64,000 nt of DNA. Source: Octopus bimaculoides (taxonomy: Eukaryota). The stretch is taken from the NCBI RefSeq assembly GCF_001194135.2, contig NC_069000.1:9083890-9147889 (forward strand). The letters run 5' to 3'. Both the position numbers and the translations under genes were made by a program. The notes under the pieces are model-generated. The model was not told the DNA's origin. It saw nothing but the letters and a program-made list of their open reading frames with translations, and ran no database searches. Positions 49,377-61,995 of the stretch are shown piece by piece. The first letter of the stretch is position 1. Each line of letters begins with the position of its first letter.

Positions 49377-49636
49377 CATATATATATGTGCTTGTGTGCT
49401 GTTTTCTGCAAGTGCTCCACCCTTATTGCAGCTACTATTTGTTCCACATACTTCTCAAGATTCTTGCTCACTGTTTCCAGGTACTACTGCTACCTTTTTC
49501 ATCGACCACAACTGCTTAACTTCCCAAGCTAACCTGTCATATCTCTCGACTTTTCTTTCTTCCTTATCGCATACTTTGTTGTCAGCTGGGCATGCTATGT
49601 CTAAGATCCAGCATAGTTTGTTTTCTTTCTATTACA

Positions 49637-49667
<31 letters not shown>

Positions 49668-49872
49668 GTTGTTGTTGTTGTTGTTGTCATTGTTGCTGCT
49701 GGTAACAACTGAAATAGAGAGCGGTTAGATTTGTTAGCAAATATGATTGGTCTATTTCATTGGTTAGATAGGTTTTACTTAGATATGTTGATTGGGTTAG
49801 AAAGACAACTGGAAATGTATTGATTATTTAGTCTTTTAAATGTAAGGGTAATATATCAACATGAGTGTATTT

Positions 49873-49903
<31 letters not shown>

Positions 49904-50557
49904 GATATGGATGGACAGATAGATAGCTATGAATCACAGAATCATCATCATTGTTTAACATCCATTTTCCATGCTGGGATATTTCTACATAAATACGTGT
50001 GTATATATATATATATATATATATATTATGTGTGTATACGTATGTGTATATATACATGATGCATATTATATATACAAAAGAAGCGAGACCCCCCCCCCCT
50101 CCACTAAAAAAAAAAAGAAGACAAATAAATATTTGAAAGACAGACATTTTCAAAACATACACAAGAGTCAAAGCAGTTCAATATGATTGATGAGCCGTCG
50201 CATCTGTCTGGCGTCTCAAGATGGTTTTGTGAAATGGAAGAGGTCGTTCAGTTGAAACAAGTGTGTTTATGAAATATTGCTTCCTTTGGTATCGTTCCTT
50301 AACCGAAAATGTGAAACTAGCTGGTGTGAATTCAGTGGTAGGGAGTGGTGGCAGGGATGGTAATGGTAGAGAGAGAAGTGGGGAGCAGTGATTGAGGTAA
50401 ATCTCTCAAGGAAATAGCAGCCAAATCTCCCTTAAATCACACTTTTACAGTCTTGTAACCCACATTAGCACTAAAAATATGGGATGGTCACCATTGGAAA
50501 GCCTTTGATCATAAGGTCTACTTAATTAGAGTTGACCTGTGGTTAGACAACATCATC

Positions 50558-50767
50558 TAATTAAGTCATATCGTTAATATTCAATTTCTTCTTTCTCTTA
50601 ATTACTTCTGCTATTAAATAGGTCACTACATTAACGCTGATTTTCTTACTCTAGCTACTAATTAAGTTACTGCATTAACACTGAATTTGCTTCAGCTCTT
50701 AATTACTTTAGCTATTATTAGGTCACCATATTAGCATTTGTATTTCTTCCATGCCTCACTAATTAGG
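50558..50767. repeat. 101-bp higher-order tandem repeat (41+60 bp) in two copies
   Basis: TAATTA-initiated subunits at 50558, 50599, 50659, 50700 and 50760. Confidence 0.75.
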
Positions 50768-51400
50768 TTGTCTGTGTAACAGAAACTATCTACAAGTACC
50801 ATGAAACCTTCAGAGTTGCTCACATAATTTCATTTTGTACCTACTCCTGCGGTTAGTTACTCCTCTACATAAGCCAGTGAGGAAATTTATTTGCAGTTGC
50901 TTGACTCACAAGAAAGAGCAGCTGAATCCTTCTCAAATCACACACTTCTGTCTTAAAACAAGGAAAAGAAAAGCACATTGGATAGTGTAGTCCTTGATGC
51001 TCTGTAAAAGCAAAACATACAAGTTATCAAGCAGTATGTTATGTTTCTCCCAGCGTTCACTATTTTCCTCTCATTCCTGTCTAACGACTCCTCATGTTTG
51101 TTTTTGTTCGGTTTCCTTGTATGTCTCCACTGTTCTGTTTTTGTTCCCAATTTTGTTTGACCCTCCATAAATCATAAATATTATTTTAGAATTTATGGGA
51201 GCAACTGTCTTTGAACACTCTTATTGTTGTTGAATGCTTGAAATGAAGAGTAGATAGACAGCCAACAACTGATGAAGGGTCCTTTCTCTGTGTTTACTTG
51301 TCCTGTTCTCCATTTTTTCTCGTTGTTTATGTATTTAACCATATGGTTTATATATTTCATGATGATTGAACCGTTGGTGATGTCCTGTACCCATATATGC

Positions 51401-51449
<49 letters not shown>

Positions 51450-52179
51450 CTATATATTATTTACTATTTATTTGTTTTAGTCATTAGGCTGTGGCCATGC
51501 TGGAACACTGCCTTGAAGAATTTTAGTTGAATGAATCAACTCCAGTATATTAAGTCTAGAACTTAATCTGCCAGTTTTATTTTGCTGAACTGCTAAGTTA
51601 CAGGCACATAAAGTCACTAACAATGGTTGTCAAACAGTTGTGGGGGACAAAGAGACACACACATATATACAACAGGCTTCTTTCAATCTCCATCTCCCAA
51701 ATTCACTCACAAGGCTTTGATCAGCCCATGGCTATAGTATAAGACACTTACCCAAGGTACTATGCAGTGAGACTGAACCCAGAACCAGGTGGTTAGGAAG
51801 CAAAGTTTTTACGACACAGCCACACCTGCACCTATTGAATATAATTTCGTAAAAAGAAGAATTACATTTTCCCAACTCCCTTTTTCGTTTGATTTTGTTT
51901 TTCAGCCATATCTCATATATGGAAATGTTCTCATGTAACCTTGTTTTTGACCTGCCTCTTCGACATAGCTGTTAATTAATTTACCCATTCCCTAACTTTG
52001 TAACGTGTTCAGTCAATGTGGGAGTCTCTTCCGAAGTGGTCTCATCTGGCAGTTGTTACTGTCGTAACAGTTGTCATGGAAGATGAAGGAAGGCGTCTTT
52101 GACAAGTTAATGGGTGACTTCGTTTTCATTTTGTGTTCAGCATCCCAGCTTACTTAGCCAACCACTCACCCATCACCAC

Positions 52180-52600
52180 CTTCTTTTTTTTTTTTGTTCC
52201 TTTCGGTAATAATGCTGATGCAATCATCATCGCAGCAACCAGAAACTGCCAATCCTAGCCACTTACTATCACTGACATCATCATTATCATTATCATCACC
52301 ATCTTCACCACCACACTATCATCATCATCATCGTTCAACATTGCCACTATTGTTTCCATCAAAATGTTCTTATCCGTGTCAGCATCATTATTGCCATATT
52401 CATGACGAGCACAAGTTCTATCATCATTATCATCATTGTTTTCGTTGTCATCATCACTGTTGTTGTTGTTGTCGTCATCACCATCTTTTTCTTCTTCACT
52501 AACAGAACGTCATTGATATTGTCATCATCATCAATGTTGTTATCATTGTCATTGTCACCATCATCATCAACATCATCATCAAGATCCTCTCCACATTTGC
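52180..52600. repeat. Long cryptic (CAT/GTT)n trinucleotide low-complexity tract
   Basis: About 400 bp of degenerate CAT/CAC/GTT repeats; explains the spurious ORFs here. Confidence 0.85.
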
Positions 52601-53067
52601 CCATTCAATCTTTGTCATCGTTATATTTTGCATTGCTTCAGAGGTATCAATCATTACTGGCAGTCTCTTTTACTGATTTCACAGTTAGTTGTGACCATGC
52701 TGGGGCACTTCCTGTCTCACTATTTTCTTTGTTCTTTCTTTCTATTACTGTTTGATGGTGAGAGGTTGGAGTGTATTTTTTTGAAAGACTGCTATACCCA
52801 TCAAGTGGCCTTTCAATGCAGTCTAGGATGTTATCTGGATGTTTGAGAGTGTGCGTAGCATGGTGGCAGCACCATCCCAGATGTGGGAACCGTACTTATT
52901 TGTAGGTCTCCTTTGAGCTTTGTAAAGGGTTTAGGGGTTGACAGTGGAATGAGTTGAATGGGCATGGTTGTTTGGATGTTGACAATTTGGCACAGTTGAC
53001 TGGACATGGAACCTGTTTTGGTGATAATACTTTTCAACATCAAAAGAAACACACACAGAAATATACA

Positions 53068-53222
53068 AGGCTGTGAGGTAGGAAGCTTGCTTCCCAACTA
53101 CATGGTTCTGGGTTCATTCCCACTGCGTGGCATCTTAGGCAAATGTCTTTTACTATAGCCTCGGGCCTATCAAAGCCTTATGAGTAGATTTGGTAGATGG
53201 AGACTGAAAGAAGCTTGTCATA

Positions 53223-53254
<32 letters not shown>

Positions 53255-53450
53255 TGTGTGTGAACATGTGCTTGTGTTTCTGCTGCTTGACAGTGTTCTT
53301 TTATTTACATCCCCATAACTTAGCAGTTTAGCAAAAGGAGTCAATAGAATAAGTACCAAACTAAGTATTGGGGTTGATTTGCTTGAAACCCTTCAAGGTG
53401 GTGCTCCAGCATGGCCACAATCCAGTAATTGAAGCAAGCAAAAAGATAAA
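53068..53450 (+). mobile_element. Near full-length SINE family C
   Basis: GGCTGTGAGGTAGGAAGCTTGCTTCC head, (TG)n middle, TGAAGCAAGCAAAAAGA tail. Confidence 0.8.
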
Positions 53451-53554
53451 AGACAAATGTAACATTCTATCAGAAACATATCCAAGAAAAGGTTAAAGAA
53501 GTGAAAACTGTTCAACCGGGCAAGTCGACAGTACATTGGAGAAAAATATTTAAA

Positions 53555-53560
53555 TTTATT
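53555..53560 (-). terminator. Probable ZNHIT2 polyadenylation signal
   Basis: AATAAA on the - strand about 45 nt after the stop codon. Confidence 0.5.
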
Positions 53561-53605
53561 AGTTATTTACAGAAATGACTTGGCAGATGAGATTCTGAGG
53601 TGAGT

Positions 53606-53718
53606 TCAATTCAAAACTTCTATCAGGGGTTCCTTGGTAGGTGGCCGCTTGCCCTTCCATTCGTCTTCAAACTGTTTCTTTGTGTTGGTGACACTGGCCA
53701 ATTCACTGCTCAACTCAC
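53606..53718 (-). CDS. ZNHIT2: ZNHIT2 exon 11 (terminal)
   Basis: ELSSELASVTNTKKQFEDEWKGKRPPTKEPLIEVLN*. Confidence 0.88.
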
Positions 53719-56700
53719 CTGTGAAAATAACAATAACAATAAACATTGAAATGAAGTTAGCAAAACGGGAAGTGAATTGAAATGGTTAGGTAGATATGAT
53801 ACTGGTCTACTATGTTTTGTGGGCCACCATAGGGTCCAGTCACTGTTGCAGTGTGGCGGCCTGTGTGCCACGATGACCCTGGGAGCCATACCAGAAGAAT
53901 GAAGGCTCCTAGTAGGGAGCTTCCTGTACTGGACAGGTCAAAGGGTAGAGACCATACTAATGACTTAATCAATTAACTTTAACTTTTTGATCCATTATCA
54001 GATGTATGTCACTTACAGAATTCTAGGTTCAGTTCCTGCAAACAGCCATGAAGAGCAAGTCCATAAGATTGGGCCCAACTCAAAAGGAACAATATTTTCT
54101 TTTCAGAACGGAACAATTTTTTCCTCTGGGTTTTCAGATGTGAAATCAGGGTTTCGTTACTGGACTTTTCTTTCTTAAGATCTGCAATGAAGAGACAAAG
54201 AAGTGTGTTGGAGCAAACAAAAGAGAACAAAGGTAACTATGAGATATTTTAATGAAAATGCTCTGCAGCCCTTAATGGGTTTATGAGGGGTCAATATTGA
54301 AGATTTTATATTCACTGAGTGCTGAATTCAACTCAAACTATACATATAGCAACTAAAGATATAAATATGTTTACCTTTAGAAATTTCTTTCTGGGCACAT
54401 TGAAACATCTTGAGAAGGTCTGAGAGAGCCCTTAATAAGTAGTGTAAAGGTTTCTGGGTACAAGGGCCTTCTATTATATTAATGATGTCTTTTATGATTG
54501 AGATACTGAATTTCTGGGAAGCCTGAATTGAACTTGAATCCTAGCGGGAGAAAGAGAACCAAGAAGATACAAATATTGCACATGAACCAAAATGTTTTTC
54601 ATACTCACTCTTTAATTTAATGTTTTTTTCAGTGAAAAATATTAACATTTTGATTAGTCAAAATATATTATTTAATCATGTGTGTATATATATCAAGCCT
54701 AATCGTGTTTATATCACCACCACTTTCTCCACATCAGCTCACCTAGATTTTTCTTATAGCCACTCTTTACCCCATGAATTCAGTCATTAATAAAGACTCT
54801 GGAGTCTAAATTCAAATCATTTGAGCACTCTTATGTGTTTTCTATAGTGAGCATCTCTAGATCTCACCTGTTAACTGTATCATCATCATCATCATCGTTT
54901 AACGTCTGCTTTCCATGCTAGCATGGGTTGGACAATTTGACTGAGGACTGGCAAGCCAGAAGGCTGCACCAGGCTCCAATCTGATCTGGCAGAGTTTCTA
55001 CACCTGGCTGCCCTTCCTAACGCCAACCACTCCGAGAGTGTAGTGGGTGCTTTTACGTGCTACTGGCACGAGGGCCAGTCGCAAAGGACTAGCAACGACT
55101 TCGCTCGAATGATTTTCTAACACACACACACACACACATACACACATATATAAAGATATACACACACACACACATATAAAGATACACACACACACACATA
55201 CACATTATAAATATCATAAAATTATATGTATATAATTTAATTTTCATGAGACACCAAACCATTGCAGCAGTTATATATATATTTTTTAATACTGAACCTT
55301 ACAGAATCGGTTTTTTTTTTTTTAAATGTATACTCGTTAATTGAACTCGATAAAGGAATGTTCATATCATTCTAAAATAACTCGTTTGCATGAAAAAATG
55401 GATGTAAATTAGCAAAGAAAATACAAGATCTCTGAAATGTTACTGAGTTTGTTGTGAACGTTATTTTTTGTCAGATTAACGACTGTTCTCATAGACTTGT
55501 CTCCCTTCTCACAAACTGAATAGGGACATTTAACTGTGCAAAACAATGTTTGGATGCTGTATGCATTGGAAACGAATCTATACAGTATGTCTCTAGTCAA
55601 AGAGAGTTGACCAAAGAGGTTAAGGTACTCAATTATTAAGGTCCCATGGACTTTGAATCAAGTGGTCAGAGTTCAGCAGTTAGTTAGGCCTACAGTTTTA
55701 TAATCTATGGATGGCAGAATCAGTAGGATATCAGACATAATATGAGTATATCTTATGGTATTTGGGTTACACCCAGAGGCTGTATATATATTTATTTAAC
55801 CACTTGTATTCCACTGGGTTACAGCCGTTTCGCAGTCTTCTTCATGTAGTATTAATCCCAGTGTGGTAGAAATTATGTCTACATGTTTGCATTAATATGT
55901 ATGTTTGGCATTATACAATAATAATTAAGGCAGTGAGCAGGCAGAATTGCAAGAACATCATCATCGTTTAACGTCCATTTTCCATGCTGGCATGGGTTGG
56001 ATTGAAAACTGATAAGCTAGGGAGCTGCAGCAAGCTCCAATCTAATTTGGAACCGTCTTTATGTTCTGAGTTGAAATGTCACTGTGGTCGACTTTGCCTT
56101 TCATCCTTTTGGGGTTGATAAAATAAAATAAATACCAGTTGAACACTGTGGGTCGATGTAATCAACTTAGTCCCTCACCACAAATTGACTGGTTTTGTGC
56201 CAAAATTTGAAACCATTATAGGATATAGTTGTATATTCACAAATTAATGCAAATAAAGATAGGTAAATAAATAAATGAACAAATAAAAATAAAATTGAAG
56301 ATAAAAGATGACTGCTATTGTTTTGAAATCTGTTTTAAGCCAAGAAATAACTGCCATAATGAGAGAGACTACTTACCTCATTACTTCTGTTTAAACAAGC
56401 ATGTAGAGCATCACTTGTACTGCTGTAGTTTTGCGTTGTATCTAAGACATCACAGAGGTGTAAAACTTCCTGGAAAGTATAGAGCCATTTATCTTGATTA
56501 TCAAGTCAGTGTTGACATATTTAATGCAGGGAGCATTTTAAACCTAACTGAAACTAATTTTGCAGTGAAGAGGAAAATTAATTTTGAAAATAATGATGAA
56601 TTTATTAAAATAACTGGCATTATTAAGCCAGGTTTTGGAACATAAATTAACATGTAATTTTGAAGTAAGGTTTTAATTTAGATCATTTTAGACAAGAAGT

Positions 56701-59700
56701 TTGCATCTTAGAACTAGGAGCAGTCTCAGGTAGGTTGGTATCAAAAGGGTTAAAGAATTGAAAATGAAAATTGGATTCCTTACATTGGCACAGTCTAACG
56801 GAGTGTTCAAGTAGTCACCATTATGCAACCGGCAGATATAAGCATAGGAATAAACAGTGCTGATAACGGTGAATCTTAGATCACTTGATGGCTTACTGTT
56901 CTGCAACAAAATGAAAAGAAATAGTCTCATTATAGAAACTAGGAAAGGTGTGAGGTGGTTTCGGAGTTAAAATAATATATAGTATTTAAATTTTCTTCAT
57001 ATGTGAATTGTTTTGGAAATTATGATAAATTTTTTAAAAAGTCCCAAATGGTGATCGCTGAAAAAAAGCATATTTATCCTTTTCTATTCAATTGCAATAA
57101 TAAACATTTTAGTGTTTTTTGAAACTATAGTATCAAATGTGAATGTGTATGAAATATCAATGAATGATATAATAGATGGGAAATGCAAAAAAAAAAAAAA
57201 AACGAAAGAAAACCGTTGGAAAACAGTTTATAGCAGAGACCCCAGCTAAGAAGATCTGAAAAAGGAATTGTAATTCCGAAATATCATTGGACTATAGATA
57301 ACCAAATTACAACAGGTATATAGTCCATTTTGTGTTCTATAGTGCATTGTTGTACCATTCTAAACTTTTTATTTTTTAAAAACAGTTGATATTTTTGTAA
57401 TTCAAAAATTGCGATTTATGACATAAAATGTCCTCTAGAATTAGCCAGAGCCAATAACGACAAACTTTTAACTACTGAATATTGTTAAAAACACCTCTGC
57501 AAATGCATTGTACATAAGCAATTTACTTTGAATACAATGAACAACCAGCAGTGAAACTGTTTTTAGCAGGTCCCCAAATGGGACACATGGCAGGCAATGG
57601 GTTAAATGCTGATAGGGAAATAAAGCAAAAAATCAGGAAAATAAAAATAATTTAGTTATAGAGTGAAAGAGGCTTTTGCACCTTGAGGATTTGGGAGATG
57701 TGAGGTATATCCTTATACAACTGAGGGAATGCTTTATCAGGTTTCAAATCAGCATCCAGGTCTTCCACTTTTGAAGTCTCCTGTATAAGATAAATTAAAA
57801 ATCGTATTTCAATGGGATTTTTAAAGGAAACAAGAAACAAAATTTAGGATTCTTCATCAGCTTAGAGAGATAAAGTGGTGAGAGGTAGAGAAAGGAGGAA
57901 AGGAAGACAGGGTGGGTTGTAGGTAAAGAGAAGGAGAGGAAGAGAGGGTCAGAGCTAATAGTGATGTTACGTTTTCATTTGTTTAATGCCTGCTTTCCAT
58001 GCTGGCATGGGTTGGACAGTTTGGCAAGAGCCAGCCAGGTGGAAGACTACACCAGGCAACTGTGTCTGTTTTGGCCTGGTTTTTATGGCTGGATGCCTTT
58101 CCTAACACTCTCTCGACATCTTTTTCACAGTGCAGCCAATTCTGTGTAAGAGAGGGAGAGAGAGGGGGAGGAAGAGAGAGAGAATAGGTTGGTAGCGGTG
58201 GGGGGGATTGATCTCAATACTTGACTAATACTTTATTTCATTGACTTTGGATGAGATGAAAGGCAAAGTTGACTTTGGCAAGATTTGAACTGAGAATGCC
58301 AAAAGCTTCAATAAATTCTGTCAGTCCATCACCCAAATGGCAACAACAACATGGTGGTGGTGGTGGTGGCGATGATGGTGATGATGATGATGATGATGAG
58401 GAGGAGGAGGAGGAGGAGGAGGAGGAGGAGGAGATAAACAGCTCTGAAAAGACAGGGATGATCTGAGCCTAAACAACAACAGCAACCACGACAATTTAGA
58501 AAATTATGAACATATTGCAACTGGACGACAGAATTGGTAGAGCATTGAATGAAATAACTCGTGGCATCTGATTGTGTCATCCTGACCCACATTCAAATAC
58601 CTGCAACAACCATTTTGCCTTCCATCCTTCCTCAGTTGATAGAATAAGTACTGGGGACAAAATAATGCGGAGAGCCTCCATGTAGTCACTCGATCTGCTA
58701 GAAATCACAGCTAAATATCCCTCAGATCACATACTGCTGTTTTGAAAGAAAGGAAGGACACACACTGGACAATGTAATCCTAGATATACAAAAAGATGAG
58801 ATAGTTACATCTGGAGCATTTTTCATCTTGTGTCTGCTGAGTCAGTGCAGATTTGAGATAAAAAACCATCAACTACAGCATAGAAAGTGATGTTCCAGCA
58901 TGGCCACTGTTCAATGATGGTGACCAGTAAAATAAATAAATATAAAATGTATTTAAAAAATATGAATAATTATGAATATAATTCCAAATGTTTGTTATAT
59001 TCCATACCTTGTGGCTCCACCATGGTGACCAAAATTCTATCAAACCTCCAAGTCGTTCATCCCTGAGCAACCTCTGGAATTCTTCCTTCTCTTGCTTACT
59101 TAGTACGTCCCAGATCTTGTCTGTGTCTTTATCTAAACCAAAATGTAAAAAGATATGAGATTTAATTCCTGTAGGTGATCTTACAGCCTTTTATTATTTT
59201 CTGAAGTTTTTCTAAATTTTAAAATTGAATCGTGTTATCTAATACTCCTGAGATGTTAGCACTTTTGATGATCGTAGTTGTCTTTCTTTGCTTGACGTAA
59301 GGCTACTTCTTCTCCCATTCTTTTCCAACCAGTTGTAGTGCACCTGTGCACTGTATACAATAAGCTCATTATTATTATTATTATTATTATTATCATTAAG
59401 TCAATGTTGGGGTGGAATTTGAACTCAGAACACATGGATGGACAAAATACCACTAAGCATCTTGCCAGGTGCGGTAATGAGTCTGCCAGCTCCCCGCCTT
59501 GTTTCCAAGTAAGATATTAAATCTCCCAGTTTATCAAACAACAAACAGCCAAGTTCAACATCCTAGCTTCTCTCCCCACGATGATCAAATTCTGAAACGT
59601 TAAACCCCATTTTCTGCAGTTTTCGGAGTTATCACCCTTATACCATCACCTATTCTGGTTAACCTTATCGCTGAGAAAGTAATCTTTATTACAGTGTTTC

Positions 59701-61958
59701 TTGGCATAAAAGATGAACGGGCGTATTAGAAGCAGCCCACTTTCAGCAGCGTATCTTTAATCTTTTATTTGTTTCAGTGTTGAAGAATTTTTAATCGAAT
59801 GAATCTACCCCAGTACTTATTTTATTGGGTTCTTTTGCCGAACCTCTAAGTTATGGGGACTGTAAACACACCAACACTGGTTATCAAGCAGTGGTGGTGC
59901 AGTACAAACAGACACAAAGACGCACGCATACACACACATACAACGGGCTTCTTTCAGTTTCTGTCTGCTAAATCCACTCACAAGGCTTTGGTTGGCCCGG
60001 GGCTGTAGTAGAAGACACTTGCACAGTGGGACTGAACTTGAAACCATGTGGTTGGAAAGAAAGCTTCATGCCTCACAGCCACGCCTAGTGCATTAAAGCG
60101 TATGGTGGCCATACTGGAGCACCGCCTTGAAGAATTTTAGTCGAATGAATCAACTCCAGTACATATTCTTTTAAAAGTCTGGTGCTTATTCTATTGATCC
60201 ATTAAATATGTTAGTGCAAAAACCATTTTCTGTTATGCAGACTAAAGCAAACCTCGAAACGTGTACTGAACAGGAAAACCTCAAGTTGACTGTTACGAGA
60301 TTTGGATTCCAGGTCTTATTAGTCAGTAGTGACACAGCGTAACCCTCAGAAACCAAAATAAAAGTAACAGAAGGGACTTACCTAAATCCAGGCCAGTAAG
60401 ACGCTCAGCCAGACTGCATTCCTCTGGAAATAAGATGGTATTCAAATAAAAAATTTTAGGACAGAATAAAAATGTCAACAGGTGAGGAATCATCATCATC
60501 ATCATCATCATCGTTTAACGTCCACTTTCCATGCTAGCATGGGTTGGACGATTTGACTGAGGACTGGTGAAACCGGATGGCAACACCAGGCTCCAGCCTG
60601 ATTTGGCAGAGTTTCTACAGCTGGATGCCCTTCCTAACGCCAACCACTCAGAGAGTGTAGTGGGTGCTTTTACGTGTCACCCGCACGAAAACGGCCACGC
60701 TCGAAATGGTGTCTTTTATGTGCCACCCACACAAGCCAGTCCAGGGGCGCTGGCAACGATCATTTAATCTTACTCTCATAATAGAATCTCCCCTTTAATC
60801 CTGGAATATGGCTTTTTTGAATAACCTGATTGTTATATTCAAAGTTGGAAAATCATTTACAATATATGTTTGGACTGTTGCTGGTCTGTTCCCATGCAGA
60901 CAATCCTTGTTCACATTTTTTACCAAATTTACAAAGATTTGAAACCGATACTTTTTTTTCTTTCCTTGATTAAATTTTTAAGAAGGAGACCAAACAGTTT
61001 CTTAGAGGTGGCATTATTGAATTTTCAGTCCTTCCAATTTCTTACAAATTCTCAATTAAATGAAATGTAGAATTTTAATGGGAAAATATTATCCACTGCT
61101 GCCCTGTAACATTCATAATAACAGCAGCACCAAGAACAGCAACAGAGACTAAGCAATTAAGAAGTAAAATGTCAAAATGACTATACCCTCATCAGAATCT
61201 TCATAATCATCCTCATCAGCTTCAGAAGCTTTCTTCAGAATTTCAATCATCTCTTCTCTTTCTGATTGACTGTAAAACCAAAAACACAACATAAATACAA
61301 TTGAAAGAAAAAAAGTAGTAGTTCACAAATAGAAAATGAAATTATTTGTGCCACATAAATCCCTTTGCAAACATCAGATAGTAGCATAGCATAGGGCCAG
61401 GGGTCTGCACCAGGAGATGCTTTTAAGGATGGTGGGTGGTATTTCTGGGTCTGCTGTATAATCCTGTATAGGTTTGTGGTGGCAAACTCAAGAGCTGCTT
61501 CAAGTGGCACACAATCTAGATACACCACTGATATCAGAACCCAACTAGAATCTAAATCATTCTAAGAATCATGAGTTTGGTTGAGCAGAGCTGGACGGCT
61601 CATTTAGACAACAACAACAGCACCATTATCTAGAATGGACTAAGCTAGAAAACATTGACTAAGCATAATACAGATTAACTCTTTAGCATTTAAATTGGCC
61701 ATATCCAGCCTAAATATACTATTTAGAATGTCGTTCTAAAAATAAACAATGACATCAGCAAAATCTCAAAGCTGCAAGATGATGCGCGATTAATTCAAAG
61801 CAATACGAAAAAATAGCATTCCATTTGACAAAGAACTCTGACTATTAAAAGAAGTCTGGTGCTGTCTTTTTCCTGGCTAGCTCCTGTCAAACTGTCCAAC
61901 ATGATGATGATGATGAAATATATATATATAAATATATATATATATAGTTTTAGGGAAA

Positions 61959-61995
<37 letters not shown>

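Noticed and set aside
48966-49728. 188-, 160- and 164-aa ORFs
   Set aside because: Made of SINE family D tandem units and microsatellites.
52194-52755. His-, Ser- and Asp-rich ORFs
   Set aside because: Translations of a CAT/GTT low-complexity tract.
51470-53450. Inverted pair of family C SINEs as a ZNHIT2 3' UTR duplex
   Set aside because: A poly(A) signal at 53560-53555 probably ends the transcript before them.
55409-55600. 63-aa - strand ORF as an extra ZNHIT2 exon
   Set aside because: Phase 1 boundaries in a phase 0 intron; exons 8 and 9 already join correctly.
1815-60085. tRNA genes (A/B-box matches at many SINE heads)
   Set aside because: Each continues into a SINE body and lacks a full cloverleaf.
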